In this document: positions 40,427 to 49,622 of the stretch, one piece after another
How the letters are laid out: each line of letters starts with the position of its first letter
Position numbering within the stretch: the first letter of the stretch is position 1
Source of the DNA: Candidatus Zixiibacteriota bacterium
GTDB lineage: Bacteria > Zixibacteria > MSB-5A5 > GN15 > JAAZOE01
Direction of reading: 5' to 3'
Assembly (NCBI GenBank): GCA_043819555.1
Contig: JBDREQ010000066.1
Location: 32,001 to 96,000 of the forward strand
Length of the DNA stretch: 64,000 bases
The notes under the pieces: generated by a model
What the model was told of the DNA's origin: nothing
The model's input: only the letters and a program-made list of their open reading frames with translations
Database searches by the model: none
Translations under genes and position numbers: made by a program

Positions 40427-42721
40427 TTAATAACTCATGACTTCTTCAACGGCCGCTATAACTTTCTTATTATTTGGCAGACAAATATCATCGCCGTCAA
40501 CTCCATAAGCCACCCGCGAATCGATAGCTGTCACTAATTTAATCGGAGCTTCAAGATAATTAATCGCATCACATCTAGTGATTACGCTCGAAATCGTCGC
40601 CGCCACTCCCCCGTACCAGCGATCTTCCGTAATGACAACAACCCGTCCGCATTCCTCGGCGGAATTAATGATCGTTTCTTCATCCATTGGCCGCAGCGTC
40701 CTCAAATCAACGACCCGCGCGCCAATTCCCTTTTCTTTGCATATCTCAGCCGCTCGACGGGCCAGATGAACTGTCGCACCGTAAGTGATAATCGCGACAT
40801 CTTTGTGCTCGGGATAATAAACCTTGGCCTGCCCAAAGGGAATCATTTCATCAAACGGCGGATATTCAGTTTCGACCGGCACCCCTTCCCAGTCGCGCCG
40901 GTTATACAACGCCACTGACTCACAGAATAGAACCGGGTCATTACAGGCATACGCCGTCCGCAAAAGTCCGGCGGCGTCATACGCATTCGATGGCACAACC
41001 ACATGTAAACCTGGCATATTTATGAACGTGCCGATATTGGCTTCGCTGTGCCAGAACGCACCCGCGCCCTGCTTATATCCTCCATAAGAAACCCGAACCA
41101 CCATCTGCGCCGTCCATTGGCGATTGGACCTCTGATAAAGAGTGCAAATCCGGTCTTTGAGAATTTGATATCCTGGCGAAATATAATCGAGGAATTGAAT
41201 TTCCGGAATCGGCCGACGACCTTGAAAAGTATGACCGATAGCACGCCCAAGAATACCGGCTTCGTCAAGAGGCGTATTAAAGCTGCGGCTCTTGCCAAAT
41301 TCACGCTGGAGATTTTTGGAAACGAGAAACACCCCGCCTTTGCCTTTGAGATTTTTCATCTTTTCAGGATGATTCAATATTTCGCCGGAAAAATCGCCAA
41401 CGTCTTCGCCGAAGACCAGGGCGTCCTGGGAATGAGCCAGGATTTCCATCAGGGAATAATTAATCGCCGAGCGCATTGTCATCGGTCCCAGATTCTCCGG
41501 GACATCCGGCTTGGGAAAATATTTTTTCTTATGATATTCAACGAATATTTTCTTGCGATCAATTTTGGCAACCTTCAATATTTCCGTCCATGTTTTCTGG
41601 GCATTTTCAAAAGAATAATCGTAAACCTTGGTTTCCACATCTTCCAGTCGTTTCGGTTGATAGTTTTTAACCGCCTTTTCCGATTCCTCCATAACCGTCT
41701 TATTTATCTCATCCATCATCTGGCCGATTTGTTTGGGAGTAATCACGCCATCTTTAATAAATGTCAAACCGGTTTTCAAGGTGCAGTCGTTCTCGGTATG
41801 CCATTTCTGCAATTCGGGGTCCATGTAAAACGACTGGTCATCCGAACCGGAATGCGACTCCTCACGGGTAACTTTGATATTCATCAATACCGGCCCGGCC
41901 CCGCTGCGAGCATAATCAATCGCCTCGCGCACGTTTTTGATCGATTCTTTTATATCAGTGCCATCGAAACGAAAAATCTTAAGGCCAAAACGCTGGAATC
42001 CCTCAAATGGAGTCGTCGGATCGCCTTCCGGAAATTGTTCTTCGACCGAAACTGAAATGGCCCAGCCGCAATTATAAATGGCATAAACATTGGGCGATTT
42101 ATCAAAGACCGAATAGAAAACGGCTCGGGCAAATTCCGGCGAGGAAGTGCTCCCTTCGCCAATGGAACAATACACGACCGTATCTTTGGGATATCGCCCG
42201 CCGGGATACACCGCCTGCTCTGAGATTGGCGCCGGATGAATAATCGCGCCCCCCAATCCCGCCGCTTCAAGGGCATGCGAGCCAGTCGGCGATGCTTGAG
42301 GCAGGATTCCTTTTTCGGGATAGGCCGAATGCGACGGCTGCAGCATACCTCCCACCGCCTGACCACGGCGATCGCCGATCGCCTCCAGCATCTTTTCATG
42401 AACCGATATGCCTCGATGCATATCAAAACCTTTGTTGCGATAATATCCGCTGAAGGGATCGTTGGTTCGGAGAAACTGGGCCGCGACTATATCAATCATT
42501 TCCTTGCCACCGCAACCAATTACAAATCGACAATGACCTTTTCGCAAAAGCAACTTTTCTTCCATCTCAATGCGCCGAGCCATTAGCATTGAGTAGAGCA
42601 TTTTTCTAAGTTCGCTGACTTTCAAGCCGCCATAAGCCGGCAACGCCTGCCCCGCTTTTTTGGCCGCACCTTTTTTGCCCTTATATTTTCTTAGTTTTTC
42701 CGATAACTCTTTTATATGCAC
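40427..42721 (-). CDS. 2-oxoacid dehydrogenase E1, fused alpha+beta subunits
   Basis: GEGSTS TPP motif, HSGSDD, FGEDV, NTPLDE, EIQFLDY and VVDLRTLRP; GTG start after GGGAGG. Confidence 0.88.
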   Translation of the reverse strand: MHIKELSEKLRKYKGKKGAAKKAGQALPAYGGLKVSELRKMLYSMLMARRIEMEEKLLLRKGHCRFVIGCGGKEMIDIVAAQFLRTNDPFSGYYRNKGFDMHRGISVHEKMLEAIGDRRGQAVGGMLQPSHSAYPEKGILPQASPTGSHALEAAGLGGAIIHPAPISEQAVYPGGRYPKDTVVYCSIGEGSTSSPEFARAVFYSVFDKSPNVYAIYNCGWAISVSVEEQFPEGDPTTPFEGFQRFGLKIFRFDGTDIKESIKNVREAIDYARSGAGPVLMNIKVTREESHSGSDDQSFYMDPELQKWHTENDCTLKTGLTFIKDGVITPKQIGQMMDEINKTVMEESEKAVKNYQPKRLEDVETKVYDYSFENAQKTWTEILKVAKIDRKKIFVEYHKKKYFPKPDVPENLGPMTMRSAINYSLMEILAHSQDALVFGEDVGDFSGEILNHPEKMKNLKGKGGVFLVSKNLQREFGKSRSFNTPLDEAGILGRAIGHTFQGRRPIPEIQFLDYISPGYQILKDRICTLYQRSNRQWTAQMVVRVSYGGYKQGAGAFWHSEANIGTFINMPGLHVVVPSNAYDAAGLLRTAYACNDPVLFCESVALYNRRDWEGVPVETEYPPFDEMIPFGQAKVYYPEHKDVAIITYGATVHLARRAAEICKEKGIGARVVDLRTLRPMDEETIINSAEECGRVVVITEDRWYGGVAATISSVITRCDAINYLEAPIKLVTAIDSRVAYGVDGDDICLPNNKKVIAAVEEVMSY

Positions 42722-43023
42722 AGCCGCCTCCCCACAGGATTTGCTGATAGAAGTTTTACATGAGACAAATTTAAATAATACAATTTCATAACCGCTATCA
42801 ACTACATTTTCCTTCGCCAAAAATTGACCGGTCAAATAACTATTGAATCAAATACGCATATTATTATCCACTATTGGAAAAATTCTTGATTCACCACACT
42901 CATTTGTGCGGTAACAGGATAGTCATTTTTTGACATAAACGAGATTGACAAATTTGTCATTATATTTATATTATGACAAAGACGGTATAGATACACGTAC
43001 TTTTCCCAAAACTGAGGGAACAG

Positions 43024-44595
43024 ATGAAGAGAAAAATCTCAAATAGATTAATCTTAATTTGCTGGGGATTGATTTATTTTCTTCTGTCCGGGTGCGGCGG
43101 CAAACTGGTCAGCCCTGAAAATGATAATGTCCCCTATGAAATAAAAATCGATTACAAACACGATGTCCATTTGGGTTACTTCGCCGAAGTTTCCATTGAT
43201 TTTACCGGTGATTTTTCGCAAGTATCTGCCTTAGACTTAAGAATCGCGTATGATCCTGCCTGCCTCTATTTTGCAGAAGCATATCCCGGTGGCTTTCTTG
43301 TCAATAACAAGTGGATTTATTTTTCATACAATCACGTTCCAAAAATCGATACGGGCGATGTGCATAAACCTCCGATGATTCATCTATATGCCTTCAAAGG
43401 CAACGGTACAGACCCAATTCTATCAGAGACTCCAACCGCAGACTCTACCGCAATAGTTACGCTGACTTTCTTGGTAAAAGACAACCCCGATAATTCCTAT
43501 ACCTTCTCGCCCATAAGGTTCTACTGGGAAGACTGTTACGATAATTTGGTGTTTACCGATTTCACTGATAGCGCCATCTCCGTCGCAGCCGTCTATGATA
43601 CTGGGCAGCTTATTTGGTTAAATGAATTTAATGAAACCGGTAATGGTTTCACTCCCTTTATATGCCCCGAAGAGTCGCAGATTGTGTTTTTGCCCATATT
43701 GAATTTCTCAAATGGCGGATTTAATTTTTCCGGTGATACGACCATCTATGGCGCCCGTGGTGATATAAATATAAATGGGGTGCCTTTTGAAATTGCTGAT
43801 GCGGTAATGTTGACGAGTTTTTTCATATCCGGATATTCCGCATTTGGAAGTCATATAGATAGTTCAATTGCTGCCTCAGATGTCAATAATAATGGCATTC
43901 CCCTCGAAGTAGCCGATTTAGATTACCTCATACGCATCATACAAGGTGATGGCCTCCCCTACTGGTATCTGACTGACGTTAAACCTGTCGAGATTATTCA
44001 TTATACCGATGGAGAAAACCATTCAATCTACTATGATTCCCCATATGACCTGGGGGGTATGTTCTTTGAATTTGAAGTGACAGGAGATGTTTCCCAACCA
44101 ATCCTGATTGATAACGCCAACGGTATGGATATAATTTCGCATTTTGGTTCGGGCGTATTCAGAATACTCATTTACAATATCGGAAGTGAAAAAATTGAAG
44201 AAGGCAACGGAAGTATTTTGAGTTTTCAATCTTCCGGCGATGTCAATTTAAATTATATCGAAATTTCGCATTATGAGGGCATCACCGTACCTGTTGAAAT
44301 CAACAGCGAACCAACTGTCTTTGAATTAATGCAGAATTACCCAAACCCGTTTAGCGCTTCAACCGCGATTCAAATCGCTCTGGCTTTCGAATCCGATTGG
44401 ACTATTGAGATATTTAATATGATCGGCGAGATAAAAAGAACTTTGAATGGCCATTCAACTGCCGGTATGATTGAGATTATCTGGGACGGTAAAGATGATA
44501 ACGGCGACGATGTCCCTGGCGGTGTCTATTTTTATCGCTGTACCGCCGGCGGCCAAACAAACACCAAAAAAATGATGCTCCTGAGAGAGCCATAA
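43024..44595 (+). CDS. Lipoprotein with cohesin-like, dockerin-like and FlgD-Ig C-terminal domains
   Basis: Lipobox LSGC; ALDLRIAYD and PIRFYWEDCYDN (cohesin-like); RGDININGVPFEIADAV..ASDVNNNG (dockerin-like); QNYPNPF tail. Confidence 0.75.
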   Translation: MKRKISNRLILICWGLIYFLLSGCGGKLVSPENDNVPYEIKIDYKHDVHLGYFAEVSIDFTGDFSQVSALDLRIAYDPACLYFAEAYPGGFLVNNKWIYFSYNHVPKIDTGDVHKPPMIHLYAFKGNGTDPILSETPTADSTAIVTLTFLVKDNPDNSYTFSPIRFYWEDCYDNLVFTDFTDSAISVAAVYDTGQLIWLNEFNETGNGFTPFICPEESQIVFLPILNFSNGGFNFSGDTTIYGARGDININGVPFEIADAVMLTSFFISGYSAFGSHIDSSIAASDVNNNGIPLEVADLDYLIRIIQGDGLPYWYLTDVKPVEIIHYTDGENHSIYYDSPYDLGGMFFEFEVTGDVSQPILIDNANGMDIISHFGSGVFRILIYNIGSEKIEEGNGSILSFQSSGDVNLNYIEISHYEGITVPVEINSEPTVFELMQNYPNPFSASTAIQIALAFESDWTIEIFNMIGEIKRTLNGHSTAGMIEIIWDGKDDNGDDVPGGVYFYRCTAGGQTNTKKMMLLREP

Positions 44596-44662
44596 AAAAA
44601 GACAGGAGCACGACTCCTGCCTTAAATAAGTATTCCAAAATCTTAATTTGCTCAAGAGAAAA

Positions 44663-45340
44663 TCAGCCTCCACCCCCCATTCGTCGATTTTCTCCATCCA
44701 TCATCCGACCCCGCCGCTGTTCCATCTGCTGTCGTCGTTCGTCTTTTATCTTTTGATATTCTATTTTTTGTTCTTCGTTCAATATCGCTTCAATATTTTT
44801 ATCAGACTCTTCGCCGATGCCCTGCATCGCCTCGCGCATTTCTCCGCGATCCCGACTGCCGCTTCTCATTTCATCCATAAGAATCTGGCGGTCGTTATTC
44901 GCCGTTTCCAGAATTTTGCCAATTTTCTCTTGCTGTTCCTCCGTCAATTGCAGCCGCTCGGTGAGCGCTTTCATCTGATCATCTCCCGACCATTCTCTGG
45001 CAAATTCCATTTTTTTCAATTTCTTCTTCTGGCGATCATCCAGAATAAAGCCTATCCGTTTATGAATTTTATCAAACCATGCCTGCCGGCTTTCTCGATC
45101 ACCTCGTCCACTTTCAGTTTTTTGGGAACGATTTTCCTGCCACTCGGCTCGCGTCTCCATCCGCTTACTAAACTCCTCAATCAGGATCGGACGAATCTGA
45201 TCCTTTTGGCTGGAACTGAGTTTTAATTCTTTATCAAGAATCTCGATATGACGGTCAGCCCAATCCTCGGCCTCATCGGCGAAAGCAAGGCCAGCCACCA
45301 GAAGAGCTAAAAAAATCACAAAACCAAAAATAAACTTCAC
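44663..45340 (-). CDS. Periplasmic helical Spy/CpxP-like (LTxxQ repeat) protein
   Basis: Signal peptide; LSSSQ, LDDRQ, LTEEQ and LNEEQ motifs. Confidence 0.7.
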   Translation of the reverse strand: MKFIFGFVIFLALLVAGLAFADEAEDWADRHIEILDKELKLSSSQKDQIRPILIEEFSKRMETRAEWQENRSQKTESGRGDRESRQAWFDKIHKRIGFILDDRQKKKLKKMEFAREWSGDDQMKALTERLQLTEEQQEKIGKILETANNDRQILMDEMRSGSRDRGEMREAMQGIGEESDKNIEAILNEEQKIEYQKIKDERRQQMEQRRGRMMDGENRRMGGGG

Positions 45341-45376
45341 AATCTCCTCCTCAATACTATATTTTTCATCAATATA

Positions 45377-45403
45377 TTAGACAAAAAACAGAGAGTAAAG
45401 TCT
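45377..45403 (-). promoter_or_regulatory. SigmaE-like ECF promoter
   Basis: Minus strand AGACTT-N16-TCTAA upstream of the Spy/CpxP-like gene. Confidence 0.45.
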
Positions 45404-45741
45404 AATTATTTTTTGTTATTGTAGCCGTTGAGTGTCTTCAAACGTTGATAATACGTAATGGCTAAGGCGCTGAGCTGTGGGACCAGGCACAGCGCCTTAT
45501 CTGGGAGGGATATTAAAGGTTGTCCAATAACGCAATTACAAGTGGATTAAATCCACAACAACCTGTACTCATTAACATACAAATTTAAAATACGCAACAA
45601 TTATTATCCATTTTGGGCAATTATATTACATAATATTCAGCATAATCAGAAATTCCAGACCATAAAATTAGATGATTGTTTCATTTATTGAACAATCAAA
45701 GCCTGCATGGCAAATGATATAATTGGCTGTTAAACAATCAA

Positions 45742-46962
45742 TTAATAGACTATTTGAGGTCCTATTCCGGGAGCAGAGCCGTCTCTGAAGATATAATTGA
45801 CCAAATACACTGCATCGCCAATGTTGACGTATTTATCCATGTTAACATTTGCTCTCCAGCCGGGCCATGCAGGCGGTGGGCCATTTTTGAAAATACGATT
45901 TATCAGAAAAACAGCATCGCCGACATCCACTCCCCAATCGCCGTTTGCGTCCCCTGGCCGGTAATTAAAATCTATATGCACCGGACCGTCGCCGACATTA
46001 TACGTACTTACTATTTGCCCCTGAGAATTAATGCGGAATATCCTGTCACCAAAAGTGCAGGCAAAAGACGTGGTATCCTGATAGGCGACAATTCCCATCG
46101 ACCCGGAATCGACATAAATCGGATTATCCGCGTCATGATAAATTTCGAATGTCTCACAGTTATAGGAATAGACTTCGCCGTCATCGGCCCATCCTCCGGC
46201 GGAAATGTACGCCACATTGTCGGCCCCAATGGCCAGCAGACTCGGATCACCGCCCAGTACTTTAGAGTCAATAATTGTATTTGTAACGGGATCTAAACGA
46301 TATGCCTTTCCGCGATTCGCCCAGTAATCTCCGGTGCATATGCAATGAATTATTCCATGCCTGTCGATCGCCAAAAACTGAGGATTGGTGCTGGTCAGGA
46401 TTTCATAATCATTCATAACGGTATCGGCAAGACAGTCATAAACGACTACTTGTCCCTGCCCCCAGGCATATGTATTAAAATCATAAGCGGTAACGGCGAT
46501 ATAGGCGCGATCGCCATAGATAATCATTCCCTCGGGCGATTGCCCCACTTCAATAACCTCAACGATTTCACGGGAGGAAACGTCTATTTTAGCAACACTG
46601 TTGTTGACCATCAGGGTAACATAGAGATATTGATCATTGAGAAAAGCCATCCAGAATGGATTGCTGTATTCAGGCAGTTCAATCCATCCCGCAGTCGATT
46701 CATTGTTCAAATTTATTATTTGAATTTCTGATGTCCCGGATAAGACGACATAGGCTAATGTATCTCTTATAATAATTTGGTTGGGAAAGCAATAAATATC
46801 CGATCCGACCGCGATTATGTTGTTTGTAACATGTCCTGTATTCAAATCGATTTTTGACAGTGTTTCACCCGAGGCATTGACGACGTAAGCTATCGGATCG
46901 GCGGCGAATATAATTGATGAATAAAACAGCGCCAAAAATAGAAAACATCCAAAGCGTGTCAT
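45742..46962 (-). CDS. YncE/BtuG-like beta-propeller with C-terminal dockerin
   Basis: YVTN-like blades (AYVVN, LYVTL, VGQSPEG); GDANGDWGVDVGDAV..VNIGDAVYL; overlaps the btuB stop by 4 bp. Confidence 0.8.
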   Translation of the reverse strand: MTRFGCFLFLALFYSSIIFAADPIAYVVNASGETLSKIDLNTGHVTNNIIAVGSDIYCFPNQIIIRDTLAYVVLSGTSEIQIINLNNESTAGWIELPEYSNPFWMAFLNDQYLYVTLMVNNSVAKIDVSSREIVEVIEVGQSPEGMIIYGDRAYIAVTAYDFNTYAWGQGQVVVYDCLADTVMNDYEILTSTNPQFLAIDRHGIIHCICTGDYWANRGKAYRLDPVTNTIIDSKVLGGDPSLLAIGADNVAYISAGGWADDGEVYSYNCETFEIYHDADNPIYVDSGSMGIVAYQDTTSFACTFGDRIFRINSQGQIVSTYNVGDGPVHIDFNYRPGDANGDWGVDVGDAVFLINRIFKNGPPPAWPGWRANVNMDKYVNIGDAVYLVNYIFRDGSAPGIGPQIVY

Positions 46963-49325
46963 GGTTTTTCTCCTGCTGCATTATTGGCTAATGATTTGTG
47001 GGGAAACTGGTAAGTCAGAGATAAATCAATACTCCAATCTCTACCCGGCATCGGGAATTGGCCGATGAGCGTATATTTTTCATCCCTGAGGTTTTTAATC
47101 CGGTACATGGTTTCAATCCCTATATTTGAGTGCTTAAGCTGAAGCCCAATATGAAAATCGTCAATTCGATAGGAATCATACCATTTGGTATTGGCGTCCA
47201 ATGCGTATCTTTTATCAACCAATCGTATCGAATATTGTCCCACTGCTTTCCAAATCGACAATTTTGTTTGAACTGTCGCCGTATATCGGGGCCGGTAGGT
47301 TAAATCCTTGTTATTGCTGTTTCCGGCGGCTTTGTTCTTGGGAACCAGTACAGTATTTTGATAGGAAATTTCGAGGTGTTTGGAAAATAGTCCGAGTCGA
47401 ACAAAATCTTCATGTCCGGTAATTCTGGCCGCGACGAGATTCTCCGGTTTCCAGGCGAACCCCGGCGATGTCAGGTGCCATACGATTATATCTTTAACAT
47501 AATTGTGGAAATATGTAATCCCGGCTGATATGTCAATTATTCCATTGTATTCAATTTCAAATCCCGCCTCGCTTTGTTCAGATATCTCCGGCCTAAGTAG
47601 CGGATTCCCGACAGCCCATGCGTCGCTCTTCCAAAACAGAGCAACCAAAGCGGGCAATTGAAACGACGTCCCATAATTTCCGCGAAGAGTCATGCGAAAT
47701 ATTTTGCCTGCAGAAACGGCAAGACCAATTTTTTTTGAAAGAATATTCGATGACGACGGTTGGTTCTCACCATCTTGATTGACATTAAATTCATTAAATG
47801 TGCGACTGTAATCGTGGCGAAGATCGCCATTGAATATCACGGATATAGAAGAATCTGATATTTCAAATTTCCTTCGAAGGCTGACAAAAACAGCTCCGCT
47901 TTTTCTTACAGTATTCCCAAGTGATTGAGTTGGGTGGAGTATATCTTTATGATCAAATCTATCGCGGCGTATAGAAATCCCGCTCTGGATATCGCCCAGG
48001 GCTGGAGATAAATAAATATTGAGAGCGTCAAAAGAAAATTTTTCGGTGAATGATTTATTTTCGGCCTTCTGAAACGGTTTGGCCGCCTCAATATTATTAT
48101 GGTACTGAGTAAACTTCGACGCGCTCAATGTCAATCTTATATTGTGTCGTGATGTTGGAATATATGCAAAAGCGGCGCTGCCCAATATCCGATTATCATC
48201 TTTATAGGCCAGATCATTTTGCTGACTCTCCGGACCGGGCATACCATATCTCGATGAGTAAATCTGACCAGTATATCTCAAGAGTGATTTTAAAGAGCAA
48301 TCATATTGTCCCGAAACAAAATAATTTTCTCGCATTGAATAAGAATTCCGTCGAACATCGGACTTAATTACTCCAACCGGCTGAGTAACATATACATAAT
48401 CAAAGTCGCCGTTCGTTCTGTAATGGTTATAGCTGAATTTATTAACTATCCCTGAATTTGGTAATATGTCGGTGGCGGTAAAATCTGTCGCTTCAGTCTT
48501 CCATTTGCCCAATCCATGGTTAAATGATAATTCCGCCTGGTTCTTTCGGCCCATGGCCTGAGTTATTATATTGACAACTCCACCCATCGCCCCTGCTCCA
48601 AATCTCGCCGACGAACTCCCTCGGTATATTTCAACTCGCTCAACGATTTTAAGGGGTATTAGGCTCAGATCGGCAACGCCATCCTCTGCGTTATTCAAAG
48701 GATGACCATCAATCATAATCAGAACATGACGCGCCTCGCATCCTCGAATGCTAACAGTTTTCCTGCCTCCGCTTCCCGATTCAAAAACCGCTACTCCATT
48801 GGCGTTGTCAAGAAGGTCGCCGAGATCCTCCGCCTTTGATTCAATGATATTGGTTCGGTTGATAATTTCAAAATCGGTTGATCTGTGAGACGATTTTTGG
48901 GCAATAACAATTGTCGAATCTAATCTGTAAATTTTCCGTTCAAGATAAATAGTCAAATTACAGGACACATCGGGGCTAATTTCAATAGTTGATTCTTCAG
49001 ATTCAGAATACCCCTCCGCAGTAACGGCCACAGAAACGAATCCAACCGGCAGATGCTCAAATTGATAATACCCAGAATTATCCGTTTGGGTTATATAATT
49101 AGAGTTGGAAATATTGATTGAAGCTCGGCTTACGGGAGAGCCGTCAGCCTTATCATAAACCCGCCCCGATAATTTTATGGTCGATTGCCCTACTGCTTGA
49201 CTGCCAATTGATAACAAGGCAATCAATAGCACAACTACTCTTGAGCTGGCGGCGGTTCGCGGCGTGACGGGAAATATGCAAGAAAAAATCCCGACAACGC
49301 CTCTTGTCAGTCGGGAAAGCTTCAA
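46959..49325 (-). CDS. btuB: TonB-dependent cobalamin receptor with N-terminal carboxypeptidase-regulatory-like domain
   Basis: Plug SIRG..LIMIDG, VERVEIYRG, GGVVNIIT, GNPLLRPE, MPGR; lies downstream of a B12 riboswitch. Confidence 0.85.
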   Translation of the reverse strand: MKLSRLTRGVVGIFSCIFPVTPRTAASSRVVVLLIALLSIGSQAVGQSTIKLSGRVYDKADGSPVSRASINISNSNYITQTDNSGYYQFEHLPVGFVSVAVTAEGYSESEESTIEISPDVSCNLTIYLERKIYRLDSTIVIAQKSSHRSTDFEIINRTNIIESKAEDLGDLLDNANGVAVFESGSGGRKTVSIRGCEARHVLIMIDGHPLNNAEDGVADLSLIPLKIVERVEIYRGSSSARFGAGAMGGVVNIITQAMGRKNQAELSFNHGLGKWKTEATDFTATDILPNSGIVNKFSYNHYRTNGDFDYVYVTQPVGVIKSDVRRNSYSMRENYFVSGQYDCSLKSLLRYTGQIYSSRYGMPGPESQQNDLAYKDDNRILGSAAFAYIPTSRHNIRLTLSASKFTQYHNNIEAAKPFQKAENKSFTEKFSFDALNIYLSPALGDIQSGISIRRDRFDHKDILHPTQSLGNTVRKSGAVFVSLRRKFEISDSSISVIFNGDLRHDYSRTFNEFNVNQDGENQPSSSNILSKKIGLAVSAGKIFRMTLRGNYGTSFQLPALVALFWKSDAWAVGNPLLRPEISEQSEAGFEIEYNGIIDISAGITYFHNYVKDIIVWHLTSPGFAWKPENLVAARITGHEDFVRLGLFSKHLEISYQNTVLVPKNKAAGNSNNKDLTYRPRYTATVQTKLSIWKAVGQYSIRLVDKRYALDANTKWYDSYRIDDFHIGLQLKHSNIGIETMYRIKNLRDEKYTLIGQFPMPGRDWSIDLSLTYQFPHKSLANNAAGEKP

Positions 49326-49362
49326 CGCTCCCTCCCTCGAGGGCTGTCGAATTACAGGTCCT

Positions 49363-49527
49363 GACTTCGGTAGGTCTCCTGGCTTGCGGCATCAAACCTA
49401 ACGGGCTCCCTTCCCCCCGAAATTGAAATCCGGGAGTGGAATATGAGCCTTTCGTAACCGCATACAGTAGCGGGGCTGCGACGGCATTGCACCGTCTTCC
49501 CTATTATCCGCGGCGCGGACCGAAATC
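49363..49527 (-). promoter_or_regulatory. Cobalamin (AdoCbl) riboswitch
   Basis: Minus strand AATAGGGAA.ACGGTGCAATGCCG..GCAGCCCCGCTACTGT...CCACT...GGGAAG...AAGCCAGGAGACCT (B12 box). Confidence 0.95.
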
Positions 49528-49539
49528 GTCTACGGTGAT

Positions 49540-49568
49540 AGTATATGCCAAGAGCCGGACTATGTCAA
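49540..49568 (-). promoter_or_regulatory. Sigma70 promoter for riboswitch-btuB
   Basis: TTGACA-N17-TATACT on the minus strand. Confidence 0.8.
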
Positions 49569-49569
49569 T

Positions 49570-49595
49570 AAAAAACCCCGCCGGTAGGCGGGGTT
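49570..49595 (-). terminator. Intrinsic terminator
   Basis: AACCCCGCC/GGCGGGGTT stem followed by a T-run on the minus strand. Confidence 0.8.
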
Positions 49596-49622
49596 GAAAA
49601 TTTACTTCTGAACCATAGGTAA

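Noticed and set aside
41048..42055. 335-aa plus-strand ORF
   Set aside because: Antisense shadow of the well-supported E1 gene.
44648..45226. 192-aa hydrophobic plus-strand ORF
   Set aside because: Antisense shadow of the Glu/Lys/Arg-rich Spy-like gene.
45421..45500. Hairpins between the Spy-like and propeller genes
   Set aside because: Probably degenerate REP-like palindromes (AAGGCGCTG/CAGCGCCTT); too weak to call.
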